DNA of 64,000 nt from an uncultured Peptoniphilus sp. (GCF_946222045.1 NZ_CAMILN010000001.1:46892-110891), one strand, 5' to 3'. Counted from the first letter of the stretch, positions 27,708 through 37,535 are shown. Translations and numbers: made by a program. Notes: generated by a model not told the origin, from the letters alone.

Positions 27708-28145
27708 TCAAAGATTTTTAATTGCGATGACCTCGTTTTGATTTAGGATTAGCTGGTCAGTTAAGGCCTCAACAATAAGTAGACCCCTGCCATTGCACTT
27801 TTTTTCTCCACAGTCATACAAGGAGGTGTCGTGGTCAACGCCCCCTCCCTCATCTGAAACAATAATTTTTAAAAGATCATCTTTTAAAAGCAAATTCAAA
27901 GAAACCTTCTTGCTAAGGTCTTCTTGGTTACCATGGATCGCTCCATTTATTACAAGTTCATTTAAAATAACTTTTATATCAAATAATTTTTCTTGGTCGG
28001 CAATATAAGGATTTAAATCTCTCATGGCTGAATCCAAAAAACCCTTTATTAGAGATAAATCGCTATATACAGAACCATTAAATCTATATAAAGTATCCAT
28101 AATTCTCACTCCATCTATTAGAAAATTACCCATTACTTCTTTCAT
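27708..28145 (-). CDS. GHKL-type ATPase resembling anti-sigma factor Ser-protein kinases (RsbW/SpoIIAB family)
   Basis: N-box ELVINGAIHG, G1 SDEGGG, G2 GRGLLIVEAL. 145 aa. No STAS or sigma-factor partner nearby. Confidence 0.55.
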   Translation of the reverse strand: MKEVMGNFLIDGVRIMDTLYRFNGSVYSDLSLIKGFLDSAMRDLNPYIADQEKLFDIKVILNELVINGAIHGNQEDLSKKVSLNLLLKDDLLKIIVSDEGGGVDHDTSLYDCGEKKCNGRGLLIVEALTDQLILNQNEVIAIKNL

Positions 28146-28265
28146 TTAAACTTCAAAAATTATGAAGGTATTTAATTTTAAAATTTTACTGTATTATATT
28201 TAGCAATTTGTTATAATGTATTTGAGCTTGGAAAAAGCGTAAATTTTAATAGGAGGAAGATAAAT

Positions 28266-28427
28266 ATGAAAAAATATGAATGTACTCTTTGTGGATACAT
28301 CTATGATCCTGAAGTAGGCGACGAAGATAACGGCGTTAAGGCTGGTACTCCATTTGATAAGCTACCTGAAGATTGGGTTTGCCCTCTTTGTGGAGCAGAA
28401 AAATCAGATTTCGAACCTGTTGAATAA
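28266..28427 (+). CDS. rd: Rubredoxin (53 aa)
   Basis: Below the ORF-track length cutoff, found by eye. [21 protein letters not shown]...[20 protein letters not shown] carries two CxxCG knuckles. RBS TAGGAGGAAG. Confidence 0.85.
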   Translation: MKKYECTLCGYIYDPEVGDEDNGVKAGTPFDKLPEDWVCPLCGAEKSDFEPVE

Positions 28428-28436
28428 TAATATTAA

Positions 28437-28462
28437 AGAAGGCTTAGGCCTTCTTTTTTTTG
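28437..28462 (+). terminator. Terminator of the rubredoxin gene
   Basis: GAAGGC ttag GCCTTC hairpin followed by T9. Confidence 0.7.
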
Positions 28463-28487
28463 TGTAGCTTTTTATAAATTTTAAATT

Positions 28488-28589
28488 TTATCCACAATTT
28501 TCATTTTTTATCTACATTTGTAGATTAATATCCACTTTTTTATAAATATCTATGAAATTTTTTCTCTAATTTCTTTTTATTTATCCACA
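28488..28589 (+). promoter_or_regulatory. Cluster of DnaA boxes in a convergent intergenic region
   Basis: Perfect TTATCCACA at 28488-28496 and 28581-28589. One-mismatch TTATCTACA at 28508-28516. Weaker copies tgtagatta (28518-28526, opposite orientation) and ATATCCACT (28528-28536). Confidence 0.5.
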
Positions 28590-28700
28590 ATTATATTATT
28601 TTTTAATTTTCAAATAAAAAAGACTCCGTAAAACGAAGTCTTTATCACACTTTGATGGGATTTTATAAAATTTTCCAGGAAAATCTTTTTAATTAATTTT

Positions 28701-29561
28701 TTAATTTTCTTCCAATATTTTTTTCCACTTGTCTAAACTTTCTAATTCTTCTTTTGAAAGTTCAGGGTATTTTGGATCCATTTCCTTTAAATTTTCTAAG
28801 ATAACTTCTGAGACAAGGTATCTTGAGAACCACTTTCTGTCAGCTGGCACAATGTACCAAGGAGCAATTTTGGTAGAAGTGTTAATGAGCATATCTTCAT
28901 AGGCCTTCATGTAATCATCAAAATACTTCCTCTCTGTTATGTCTGAAGATGCAAATTTCCAATTTTTTTCTGGCCTTTCAATTCTCTCCATAAGTCTTTC
29001 TTTTTGCTCTTCTTTAGAAACATGGAGGAAAAATTTTACAATTTTTATTCCATTATTTGAAATATACTCTTCAAAATTGTTTATTTCTTCAAATCTTTTT
29101 TCCCATATATCCTTAGTTACTAAGTTTTTTGGGAAGGGTTGATCTAGGACTAAATTGTGAACTCTTGATACAAGGACATCTTCATAATGACTCCTGTTAA
29201 ATATCCCAATCTCTCCACGAGGAGGTAGGTCTTTTGCTACCCTCCAAAGATAATCATGATCCAACTCATTTTCACTTGGCTTTTTAAAAGAAACAACTTT
29301 TGTACCCTGTGGATTTATTCCAGTCATTATATTTTTTATTAGAGAATCTTTGCCAGCAGCATCCATAGCTTGAAGAACAATTAAAAGCGATTGATTGTTT
29401 TCAGCATAAAGTTTTTCTTGATACTCACGCATTTTTATAATATTGGCAGGTATCAATTTATCTTTTACCTCATCTTTTTCAAGTTTTCCATTGTATGAAG
29501 TTGGAACCTCATATAAGTTTAGCTTTTTCTTTTCTTTAACTAAATATTTTTCAGTTTTCAT
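28701..29561 (-). CDS. ppk2: Polyphosphate kinase 2 family protein (polyphosphate:nucleotide phosphotransferase)
   Basis: Walker A AMDAAGKDS plus PPK2 motif FNRSHYEDVL, 286 aa. Confidence 0.8.
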   Translation of the reverse strand: MKTEKYLVKEKKKLNLYEVPTSYNGKLEKDEVKDKLIPANIIKMREYQEKLYAENNQSLLIVLQAMDAAGKDSLIKNIMTGINPQGTKVVSFKKPSENELDHDYLWRVAKDLPPRGEIGIFNRSHYEDVLVSRVHNLVLDQPFPKNLVTKDIWEKRFEEINNFEEYISNNGIKIVKFFLHVSKEEQKERLMERIERPEKNWKFASSDITERKYFDDYMKAYEDMLINTSTKIAPWYIVPADRKWFSRYLVSEVILENLKEMDPKYPELSKEELESLDKWKKILEEN

Positions 29562-30334
29562 TAAAATTTACCCACTTCCTTAGAAAATTTAATGGCTTCT
29601 TCCAGCATTTGAGTTGTTATTTGGTGGTAGGTCATGTCAAAAAGTTTAAAGCCCAAAAGTTTTTTGTCCTCATAAACTTTTTCAATTTCCTTGACAAAGG
29701 ACTCTTGGCCAGCTGGGTCTATTACATCATCATTTTTACCGTTGAAAAGAACAATAGGCCTATCCTTAAAGGCCTCTGGACTATCCATTGGGTCCATGTC
29801 TAGGAAAAATTCGTTAATCCTAAATTCTCTCTCGTCAATATTGTCCTTATTTTTAAGTTCATTAACACCACGCACAAGTTCTTCCCAATTGTTTATTCCG
29901 TTAAAGACAAAGGCCATCTTTAGGTCCTTCTTAAAGGCATAAAGGCCTCCAGCAGTAATGGCACCCATGGAGTGACCACCAACTGCGACTTCATTTCCTG
30001 GATAATTTTCTTCAATGTAGTTAAAGATAGAAGGAGCTTCCTCTATGTTGTGCATAATTACCTTTAAAATATATTTTCCTTCAACAGCCTCGTCTTCGTG
30101 GTCATTCTTTTCCACATTCCTCTCACCATGGTATCTGGCTTCTGGGAGGACGACCCTGTAGCCATAGGCTGCAAAAATATTTCCCCTAAAGATTTGACTT
30201 TCATTGTCTGATCCCCAACCGTGATAAAATACTAGGGTCTTATTTGTCTCTTCTTTCGGTTCAATTATCACTGCAGGGACTTTACCTATCATAACTTCTT
30301 TTATATCTGAATAGCTTGTTTTTAAATACTCCAT
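29561..30334 (-). CDS. Alpha/beta-fold hydrolase (serine esterase/peptidase-like)
   Basis: Nucleophile elbow GHSMGA. Stop overlaps the ppk2 start. Confidence 0.65.
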   Translation of the reverse strand: MEYLKTSYSDIKEVMIGKVPAVIIEPKEETNKTLVFYHGWGSDNESQIFRGNIFAAYGYRVVLPEARYHGERNVEKNDHEDEAVEGKYILKVIMHNIEEAPSIFNYIEENYPGNEVAVGGHSMGAITAGGLYAFKKDLKMAFVFNGINNWEELVRGVNELKNKDNIDEREFRINEFFLDMDPMDSPEAFKDRPIVLFNGKNDDVIDPAGQESFVKEIEKVYEDKKLLGFKLFDMTYHQITTQMLEEAIKFSKEVGKF

Positions 30335-30469
30335 AATTCACCTCTCTTCCATTATAGCAAAGAAAAGAAAAAGATTTTAGCAAGGTTTACTTTCTTTTAT
30401 TTTTAGTATTTATGGATTCTGTATTTTTTAATTTATAAATTTTGTGAATTGATAAACTCTTGCAAACTC

Positions 30470-30685
30470 TTAACTTTTTGTGACTTCTTATTTTCTTATG
30501 ACCTAGAAGTTTTTTATAGCTTTATATTTTTTTAAGACTTCTCATTTTAATATGACCTTAGAAATATTTGTGACTTCACAGTTTTTTATGAACTTGAAAA
30601 TTTTTATGATTTTACAAATTTTTATAATCTTATACTTTATTACAAAGTCAATTTTTTTATGAAAATTCAAAAAATTTGGACAAGA
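30470..30685. repeat. Second array of ~11 degenerate 18-bp tandem repeats, same family as 7655-7895
   Basis: Units ctttttgtgacttcttat, tttcttatgacctagaag, ttttttatagctttatat, ttttaagacttctcattt, taatatgaccttagaaat, atttgtgacttcacag, ttttttatgaacttgaaaa, tttttatgattttacaaa, tttttataatcttatact... Confidence 0.55.
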
Positions 30686-30712
30686 AAAAAGCAAGGAATA
30701 ATTTCCCTGCTT
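30683..30712 (-). terminator. Terminator of ung
   Basis: GCAGGGAAATTATTCCTTGC hairpin plus T-run on the minus strand. Confidence 0.5.
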
Positions 30713-30721
30713 AAATCTTTA

Positions 30722-31393
30722 TTATTTAATTTCCCAAGTTGGAGGTGTGACTCCATTTTCTTTTAAAAATTCATTGGCTCTTGAGAAGGGCCTTGATCCA
30801 AAAAATCCTCTCGATGCTGAAAGTGGTGATGGATGAACTCCTTCTATTATGAGGTGGTTGCCAGGTTTTATAAATTTCTTACGAGCCTTGGCATGATTGC
30901 CCCAGAGTATAAAAACTACTGGATCTTTCTTCTCGCTAATTTTTTCTATGACTGCGTTGGTGAAGATCTCCCATCCAATTTTTGAGTGGCTCATGGGTTG
31001 GTGAGCCCTAACTGTTAGGGTGGTGTTAAGAAGCATTATCCCCTGGTCTGCCCATGATTTTAAGTAACCTGTTTGTGGAATTTCTAAGCCTAAGTCAGAA
31101 TTTAGTTCCTTGTAAATATTTCTAAGTGAGGGTGGAATTGCCACACCTTCCTTGACAGAAAAGGCAAGTCCATGAGCCTGGCCCACATTGTGGTAGGGGT
31201 CCTGACCCAAAATCAAAACCTCTAGGTCCTTGTAAGAAGTGTAGTGAAAGGCATTAAAAATATCTTGAGCCTTTGGAAATATTTCATAATTTTTATATTC
31301 TTCAATTAAAAGTTTTCTAAGGTCCTTGTAGTAGTCCTTTTCAAACTCTTCTTCCAAAATGTCTTGCCAATCATTTTTTAAAATTTCTTTCAC
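30722..31393 (-). CDS. ung: Uracil-DNA glycosylase, family 1
   Basis: Motifs GQDPYHNVGQAHGLAFSV and HPSPLSA. Start reassigned to GTG 31393 (GGAGGT 6 nt upstream), which removes the 20-nt overlap with trkA implied by the track start. Confidence 0.88.
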   Translation of the reverse strand: MKEILKNDWQDILEEEFEKDYYKDLRKLLIEEYKNYEIFPKAQDIFNAFHYTSYKDLEVLILGQDPYHNVGQAHGLAFSVKEGVAIPPSLRNIYKELNSDLGLEIPQTGYLKSWADQGIMLLNTTLTVRAHQPMSHSKIGWEIFTNAVIEKISEKKDPVVFILWGNHAKARKKFIKPGNHLIIEGVHPSPLSASRGFFGSRPFSRANEFLKENGVTPPTWEIK

Positions 31394-31397
31394 AAAA

Positions 31398-32765
31398 TTA
31401 CCTCCTGAAGAAGTCAAAGATACTCTTCTTTAGACTTGGGTCGATTAGCTCTTCAAGTTCCTTCCTACTTTCATTAGTAGAGAAGATGACAAGCCTGTCG
31501 CCCTTTTCAATTTTTGTATTTCCCCTTGGGATAACTGCTGAGTTGTCGTACCTAATTATCCCACCAATAATAATTTCCTTGTGGAGATTGATTTCCGAAA
31601 GCTTCTTGCCAATGTAGACAAAGTCGTCTGGAATTTTTATTTCATAAACTTGGGCCTTGCCGCCAAACATATAGTTGATTGAAACCTTCATGTCAGTGTT
31701 TATTGCCTTGATGATTTCGTTGGCAACTATGACCTTGGGATCAATGATCCTATAAATTCCAAGACTCTCCAAGATTGTGTCGTAGTTATTGTCCTTTTGA
31801 ATGATAATATTTTTTGCAATCCCATGACTTCTTGCAAGTAGTCCAAGGACAATATTTAGTTCATCAGAGTCTGTCATAGATATAAATACGATCTCCTTAG
31901 AAATACCTTCTTCTTTAAAAATCTTGTCGTTCCTAAGTTTTTTATTAACTACAAAGGCCCTGCTTATATTTCTCCTATATTTTTCAAATTTTTCCTTGTC
32001 TGGTTCAAGAATTTTTAAATTTATATTTTCAAGATTTGAGATAATCCTGTTGAAGTTGTAATCTCCCGACGCAATTACAACCTCTCTCTCCTCTTCCTTT
32101 TCCTTGATTCCAAAGTGGGCATGCTTGAAATTTCTAATGTCAAAGGAAAGACCCATAAGGTAAATGTAGTCGCCAGACTTTAGGACAGTTTCTCCATCAG
32201 GTACAATTAAGTCCCCCTCTCTTAGGATGCCAACAACAAGGATTGTAGAAAGAGACCCAATGTCCTTTATCTTTTGATTTTCAAATTCCTCATCCATGTC
32301 AATGTAGTGGCCTGTGACTTCTATCTTGCCCTTGCCAAAGTAGTCTGCCTCATAATATTCCGTAGACCCAATTAACTTGGTCACAAGTTTTGCAGTTTCA
32401 AGGCTTAAATTAAATACATTCACAACATTTGGAAGAGAATTTTTTATAATTCCTATTTCAGAAATATTTTCCATTTCATCAAGACGAAGAATTATTTTTA
32501 CATCTAGTCCCTTAAAGATTGATGCCATTATTAGGTTAGTCTTGTCGCTATCTGTTGCTATAATGGCGTAGTCGTACTTATTAAGATCATGGTTAATAAC
32601 AAATTCTTCTTCCAAGACGTCTGCCCTTATTTTATTTACGCTATCTGTTATCTCTTCAAAGTTTTTTTCGTCCCTATCCACTAGATCAACTTCATATTTT
32701 TCAAGACTCAAGGCCTTGGCAATAGTTGAACCAACCTTTCCAGAACCTATAATTAAAATCTTCAT
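31398..32765 (-). CDS. trkA: Trk/Ktr K+ uptake regulatory protein with two RCK (NAD-binding) modules
   Basis: MKILIIGSGKVGSTIAKAL Rossmann start, repeated at mid-protein. 455 aa. Confidence 0.85.
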   Translation of the reverse strand: MKILIIGSGKVGSTIAKALSLEKYEVDLVDRDEKNFEEITDSVNKIRADVLEEEFVINHDLNKYDYAIIATDSDKTNLIMASIFKGLDVKIILRLDEMENISEIGIIKNSLPNVVNVFNLSLETAKLVTKLIGSTEYYEADYFGKGKIEVTGHYIDMDEEFENQKIKDIGSLSTILVVGILREGDLIVPDGETVLKSGDYIYLMGLSFDIRNFKHAHFGIKEKEEEREVVIASGDYNFNRIISNLENINLKILEPDKEKFEKYRRNISRAFVVNKKLRNDKIFKEEGISKEIVFISMTDSDELNIVLGLLARSHGIAKNIIIQKDNNYDTILESLGIYRIIDPKVIVANEIIKAINTDMKVSINYMFGGKAQVYEIKIPDDFVYIGKKLSEINLHKEIIIGGIIRYDNSAVIPRGNTKIEKGDRLVIFSTNESRKELEELIDPSLKKSIFDFFRR

Positions 32766-34219
32766 TATAACTTAATAATTTCCTTTCTATGTCTTCCTCT
32801 TGTAAAAAGTGCCATTATTGTAAAGAATTCAAGTCTACCTAAAAGCATTAGGACACTGAAGTAGAGTTTAAAAAAGTCGCTATAAAAATAGAAGTTTTTC
32901 GTAGGACCAATATCTCCAAAGCCTGGACCAACATTTGATAGGGTCGTAGCAACTGAAGAAAAACCTGTTATCACATCTACTCCAGAAAGTGTAACTAAAG
33001 CTGTCGATAAAACTGCTATCACAAAATAAGTCCCTAGATAGGCGTTAATACCTAGGACAACTTCATCTGACAAAGACTTCCCATCTGACATCACAGGAAG
33101 AACTGCCTTAGGGTGAGTAGCCTTCTTCATTTCTCTTTTTATTAATTTTAAGAGAATTGAAATCCTCACTATCTTTATCCCACCACCAGTGGAACCTGCA
33201 CAACCACCAAAGAGCATCAGGATTAACAAGATGAATTTTGAAAAACTTGGCCAAAGTTCATAATCTGCATTTGCAAAACCAGATGTAGAGGATATTGATG
33301 TTACTTGGAAAGCTGAGTCCCTAAAGGCCATGAAAAGTGATGGGTAACCCTTGGAATATAGGTCTAGGGTTATTAGGGTAATAGCTCCTATGATTATAGA
33401 AATCCAAAGTTTTAATTCATCATTTTGTAGAACTTCCTTAAACTTCTTTTTACTAAGAAGGGCATAAATTGCAAAGTTTGTGGAACTTAAAAACATAAAA
33501 ATTGCCAGGATAAAGTGAACTGAGTTCCCTTCATAGGACATAAAGGAGTCGTTGTAGGAAGAAAATCCACCAGTACCTAGGACACCAAAAGTGTGAACTA
33601 GGGAATCAAAGACAGACATGCCAGCAAACTTTAAGCAAATAAATAACATCAAGCTTAAAATTAGATAGATTATGTAGAGCCTCTTAGAGGATTGCGAAAT
33701 CCTTGACTCTATTTTTCCAGCAACTGGTCCTGGTGACTCTGCCTTAAAAATTTGAAAGGCTCCAACTCCTAGCTTGGGAAGAAGCCCTACAGTGAAGACC
33801 AAGATTCCCATACCACCTATCCAATGGGTGACAGACCTCCAAAGTATAATTGACCTTGGGAAGGACTCGATGCCTGATATAACTGAAGCTCCCGTAGTTG
33901 TAAAACCAGATACAATTTCAAAAAAGGAATCAACATAAGTCATACCTGCAGAAATCCAAAGTGGAAGAGCCCCCACAATAGAGACCAAAATCCATGATGC
34001 CGTAACCGTTAAGATTCCATCTCTTGGAGACAAGGAATTCTTTTTTATTTTTAAATTAATTAAAATTAATCCCAAAAAGACTGCTATAGCCATTGGGATT
34101 AAGAAGCCATAAGATGACCCATCTCTTTCAACTAAACTCATGATGAGAGATGGAGCCATAAAGGCAGTTTCTATTAATAAAATATAGCCTAATAATTTTG
34201 AAATAAGCTTATAGTTCAT
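32765..34219 (-). CDS. trkH: TrkH/KtrB-family K+ transporter membrane subunit
   Basis: 484-aa polytopic protein with repeated M-P-M pore loops (GFTTTGASV, GFANAD, GGCAGSTGGGIK). Confidence 0.85.
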   Translation of the reverse strand: MNYKLISKLLGYILLIETAFMAPSLIMSLVERDGSSYGFLIPMAIAVFLGLILINLKIKKNSLSPRDGILTVTASWILVSIVGALPLWISAGMTYVDSFFEIVSGFTTTGASVISGIESFPRSIILWRSVTHWIGGMGILVFTVGLLPKLGVGAFQIFKAESPGPVAGKIESRISQSSKRLYIIYLILSLMLFICLKFAGMSVFDSLVHTFGVLGTGGFSSYNDSFMSYEGNSVHFILAIFMFLSSTNFAIYALLSKKKFKEVLQNDELKLWISIIIGAITLITLDLYSKGYPSLFMAFRDSAFQVTSISSTSGFANADYELWPSFSKFILLILMLFGGCAGSTGGGIKIVRISILLKLIKREMKKATHPKAVLPVMSDGKSLSDEVVLGINAYLGTYFVIAVLSTALVTLSGVDVITGFSSVATTLSNVGPGFGDIGPTKNFYFYSDFFKLYFSVLMLLGRLEFFTIMALFTRGRHRKEIIKL

Positions 34220-35609
34220 CTTTCTTTCCTCTCTTCTTAATTGACTTAATTGCGTCCTTTAATTTCCCTTCAGAAGAGAAAATCTTTTGAACCCTTGGAG
34301 CAACTTCGTGCATGGAGAATAATATTATCCTGTCGCCTGATTCAAGAACTGTCTTACCATTAGGGACTATCATACTTTGGCCCCTAATTATGGAAACTAT
34401 AAGAGTTCCATCAGGTAGAGTCAAGTCTTCTAGCCTACTTCCACAAACTAAGTGACTTGTCCTTATTATTAGCTCAACACATTCAACTTGACCATTTAAA
34501 AGCAAGTGTAGGGCAAGGGAAGACTTTCCCCTGATTTCCTTTAGCATTTCTGCAGCTGTTATATAAGATGTGTTAAAGACTGCATCTATGTCCAGTTTGT
34601 CTAGGACCTTGTCGTAGTTAGTCCTAGAAATTTTGGCAACAGATTTAAAGATTCCACTTTGCTTTGCCACAAGACTCATAAGAAGGTTGGCCTCATCAAT
34701 ACCTGTTGCAGCCACAAAGGAGTCATAAGTGTGGACCATTTCCTCTTCAAGGATTGCTATGTCTGTCCCATCTCCATTTATAATGTTGGCTTCTGGAACC
34801 ATTTCTTTTAGCTCAAGACATCTTTCCTTTTTTATTTCCACAATAGTGACATCTACATTTTCTTTTAAGAGGAGCATGGCTAAATAAAGTCCAGTCTTTC
34901 CCCCACCAAGGATCATGGTACTCCTAAGAGACCTTGTCCTATTTACTCCTGTGTGGTCCTTGTCAAAGGCTTCAATGTTTTCAGACTTGCCTGCAAGGAT
35001 TATGACGTCATTTTTTTCAAGGACAGTACGTCCATTTGGGATAATTGCATCACCATTTCTTGATATAGCTGCAATAAGAAGGTGGTTGATGTTATCAATG
35101 TCCATGATTTTTTTGTTAATAAAGCTTGTATCATTTTCTATATTGAATTCAACAAGGGAAACTCTTCCACCAGCAACCTCATCAGAGTAAAGTTGGTACC
35201 TCTTCATTAAGTATTTAAAAATTGATCTTGCAGTTGCATTGTCTGGATTTATTATCTTATCAATTTCAAGTTCCTCTGATATAAAGTCAAGGTGTTTTCT
35301 GTATTCAGGGTCCCTAACCCTTGCAATGGCATACTTTGCCCCAAGTTTTTTGGATATTGTGCAAAGAATTACATTTGCCTCGTCATTTGTTGTAGTTGCA
35401 ACTACATAGTCAAAGAGAGAAATATCAAGCTCTTCCAAGACGCCAAAATCCAAAGCATTTGCACAAATACTAAAAACATCTAATGAATTGGATATGTTTT
35501 CTATTACATCTTCATTGTTGTCAACTACAGTCACTTCGCAGTCCTCATCTAGTAATGACGCTGCAAGTCTGTATCCTAGTTTTCCGACACCTACAACTAA
35601 AGCCTTCAT
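34209..35609 (-). CDS. trkA: Second TrkA-type protein with two RCK modules
   Basis: MKALVVGVGKLGYRLAASL and a second Rossmann start ILGGGKTGLYLA. 466 aa. Overlaps the trkH start. Confidence 0.85.
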   Translation of the reverse strand: MKALVVGVGKLGYRLAASLLDEDCEVTVVDNNEDVIENISNSLDVFSICANALDFGVLEELDISLFDYVVATTTNDEANVILCTISKKLGAKYAIARVRDPEYRKHLDFISEELEIDKIINPDNATARSIFKYLMKRYQLYSDEVAGGRVSLVEFNIENDTSFINKKIMDIDNINHLLIAAISRNGDAIIPNGRTVLEKNDVIILAGKSENIEAFDKDHTGVNRTRSLRSTMILGGGKTGLYLAMLLLKENVDVTIVEIKKERCLELKEMVPEANIINGDGTDIAILEEEMVHTYDSFVAATGIDEANLLMSLVAKQSGIFKSVAKISRTNYDKVLDKLDIDAVFNTSYITAAEMLKEIRGKSSLALHLLLNGQVECVELIIRTSHLVCGSRLEDLTLPDGTLIVSIIRGQSMIVPNGKTVLESGDRIILFSMHEVAPRVQKIFSSEGKLKDAIKSIKKRGKKDEL

Positions 35610-35618
35610 ATATTCCTC

Positions 35619-36767
35619 CTAAAAAATCGCATCAAGAGTTACATCAAACTCGTAATCTGGATAGATGGATTTTAATTTATCTCTTATCTCTTTTTTCAGA
35701 GCATCCTTTTCTTCTCTCGTCTTTACAGAATCGGCATTGTAATCAATGTCTATATAAATTTTCTTGCCCTCAAGGACAATGTCGTGGAAGGAGTAAATAT
35801 TTAGGGACTCCCTCACAATTTTTTTAAGGCTCTGAGAAACAGAGTTAATCATCTCATTGCTACTGCCCTCGGGGTCTGCGTGAATGATTAATTTTATCCC
35901 AAGTAAATCAGAGATTTCCCTCTCAACCTTGTCCACAATGTTGTGGGCCTCTTCTAAGGTCAAATTATAATCTAGGGCTGCATCAATTATCACAATCATA
36001 TTGTCTGGACCAAAGTCTGTCACCATCATGTTGTGAACATTGGATATGCCCTCGTAGTTAGAAACCTTGGACTTTATCTCGTGTTTAGTTTCGTCACTAA
36101 GTCCACGTCCAAGAATAATTGAAATAGTTTCGTATATTAGTGAAATAGCTGTGTATAAAATAAATAAGGCAACTATTAAACCAACATAACCATCTAATAT
36201 TTTTCCTGTGAACTTTTCTATTAATATAGAAATAATTACAACAGAAGTTATAAGTGTGTCGCTAAGTGAATCCTTCTCTTGGGCCTTCAAAGTTACAGAG
36301 TCAATTGCCCTTGCAACCTTTGAATAAAGAGAGGCCTGCCAAAATTTTATTGCCACAGTTACAATCAAAATCACAAGAGTGGATTTTGGATAAGAAATGG
36401 CGACTGGATGAAGGATTTTTCCCACAGAAGTTTTCAAAAATTGAAAACCAACGGAAAGTACAATACCAGAAACTACAAGAGAAATCAAATACTCAAGTCT
36501 CCCGTGTCCATAGGGGTGGTCTTTGTCTCTTGGTTTTGCAGCAAGTCTTATGCCCAAAATAGAAATAATAGAGCTGACACAGTCTGTAATATTATTTACT
36601 GCGTCAGATAAAATTGAAATTGAGCCAGTAAAGATATACAAGATAACTTTTAAGACAGCTGCAAGTATATTTGATATAAGTCCAAGAAGAGAAGTCTCTT
36701 TAGAAATTTTTGCCCTGTCATATCCATAGGCAGATTCTCCCCTCTTCAAAATAAGTTTTGCGAACAT
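35619..36767 (-). CDS. Cation diffusion facilitator (CDF) family divalent-metal efflux transporter
   Basis: Six TM plus C-terminal cytoplasmic domain. Motif SDAVNNITD...HPYGHGRLE. Confidence 0.8.
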   Translation of the reverse strand: MFAKLILKRGESAYGYDRAKISKETSLLGLISNILAAVLKVILYIFTGSISILSDAVNNITDCVSSIISILGIRLAAKPRDKDHPYGHGRLEYLISLVVSGIVLSVGFQFLKTSVGKILHPVAISYPKSTLVILIVTVAIKFWQASLYSKVARAIDSVTLKAQEKDSLSDTLITSVVIISILIEKFTGKILDGYVGLIVALFILYTAISLIYETISIILGRGLSDETKHEIKSKVSNYEGISNVHNMMVTDFGPDNMIVIIDAALDYNLTLEEAHNIVDKVEREISDLLGIKLIIHADPEGSSNEMINSVSQSLKKIVRESLNIYSFHDIVLEGKKIYIDIDYNADSVKTREEKDALKKEIRDKLKSIYPDYEFDVTLDAIF

Positions 36768-36959
36768 TAGTCCTCCAAAATTTATAATAATAAAAATAGG
36801 CTAAAAGCCCACTTACTTAGATTTCTTAATTTAAAACAATTATAACACTAGTATATTAGTAATAAAAGGAAAAGAACTTTCCTATATTCTGGGAAGTAAC
36901 TTAATAATTTCAAAATAAAAAATGCACCAGATTTACCTGGCACATTTTCTAATCTTATC

Positions 36960-37526
36960 TTAAATAAATTTTTTAAGTTGTGGAAGGAGTAGACCTTCTG
37001 CAACTTCTTCTGCCTTTTCCTTTGAAACTAGAATTTCAACTAGCTTAACCCCAAGTAGGATTGCAAGGGCTGGCCCCATAGCAGTTATTATGTTGTCTTC
37101 AACAACTACTGCTGTGTCTTGTGGGTCCTTAACCTTCAATCTATTTTCAACTCCTGGGTAGCAAGTGAATTTTCCGTCCTTTAAAAGACCTGCTGCATCA
37201 AGAACTTGTGGTCCTGCACAAATTGCTATTACTTTTCTCTCTTCATCATTAAAGACATTGGCAAACTCAAGAACTTTTTTGTCATTCATGAGATTTGTAG
37301 CACCAGGTTGACCTCCTGGAATGTACATTGCCTTATAGTCTTCGATGTTAATCTCATCAAAAGTCTTATCAGCAAGAACTGTCACACCGTGAGCTCCCTT
37401 AACTTCAAGTCTATCCTTAATAGAAACTGTATCAACCTTTAAGTCGGCTCTCCTAAGGACATCAACAATTGTTAAGGCTTCAATTTCTTCAAAACCTTCT
37501 GCCAAAAATACCAATAAATCTTTCAT
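36960..37526 (-). CDS. DJ-1/PfpI (ThiJ) family protein
   Basis: Nucleophile-elbow region VIAAICAGP and the 188-aa family fold. Confidence 0.75.
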   Translation of the reverse strand: MKDLLVFLAEGFEEIEALTIVDVLRRADLKVDTVSIKDRLEVKGAHGVTVLADKTFDEINIEDYKAMYIPGGQPGATNLMNDKKVLEFANVFNDEERKVIAICAGPQVLDAAGLLKDGKFTCYPGVENRLKVKDPQDTAVVVEDNIITAMGPALAILLGVKLVEILVSKEKAEEVAEGLLLPQLKKFI

Positions 37527-37535
37527 AATGACCTC

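Noticed and set aside
28440-28620. Chromosomal replication origin (oriC)
   Set aside because: DnaA boxes are present, but there is no dnaA, dnaN or rpmH nearby and the flanking genes are convergent accessory genes. Treated as a non-origin DnaA-box cluster, although oriC cannot be formally excluded without GC-skew.
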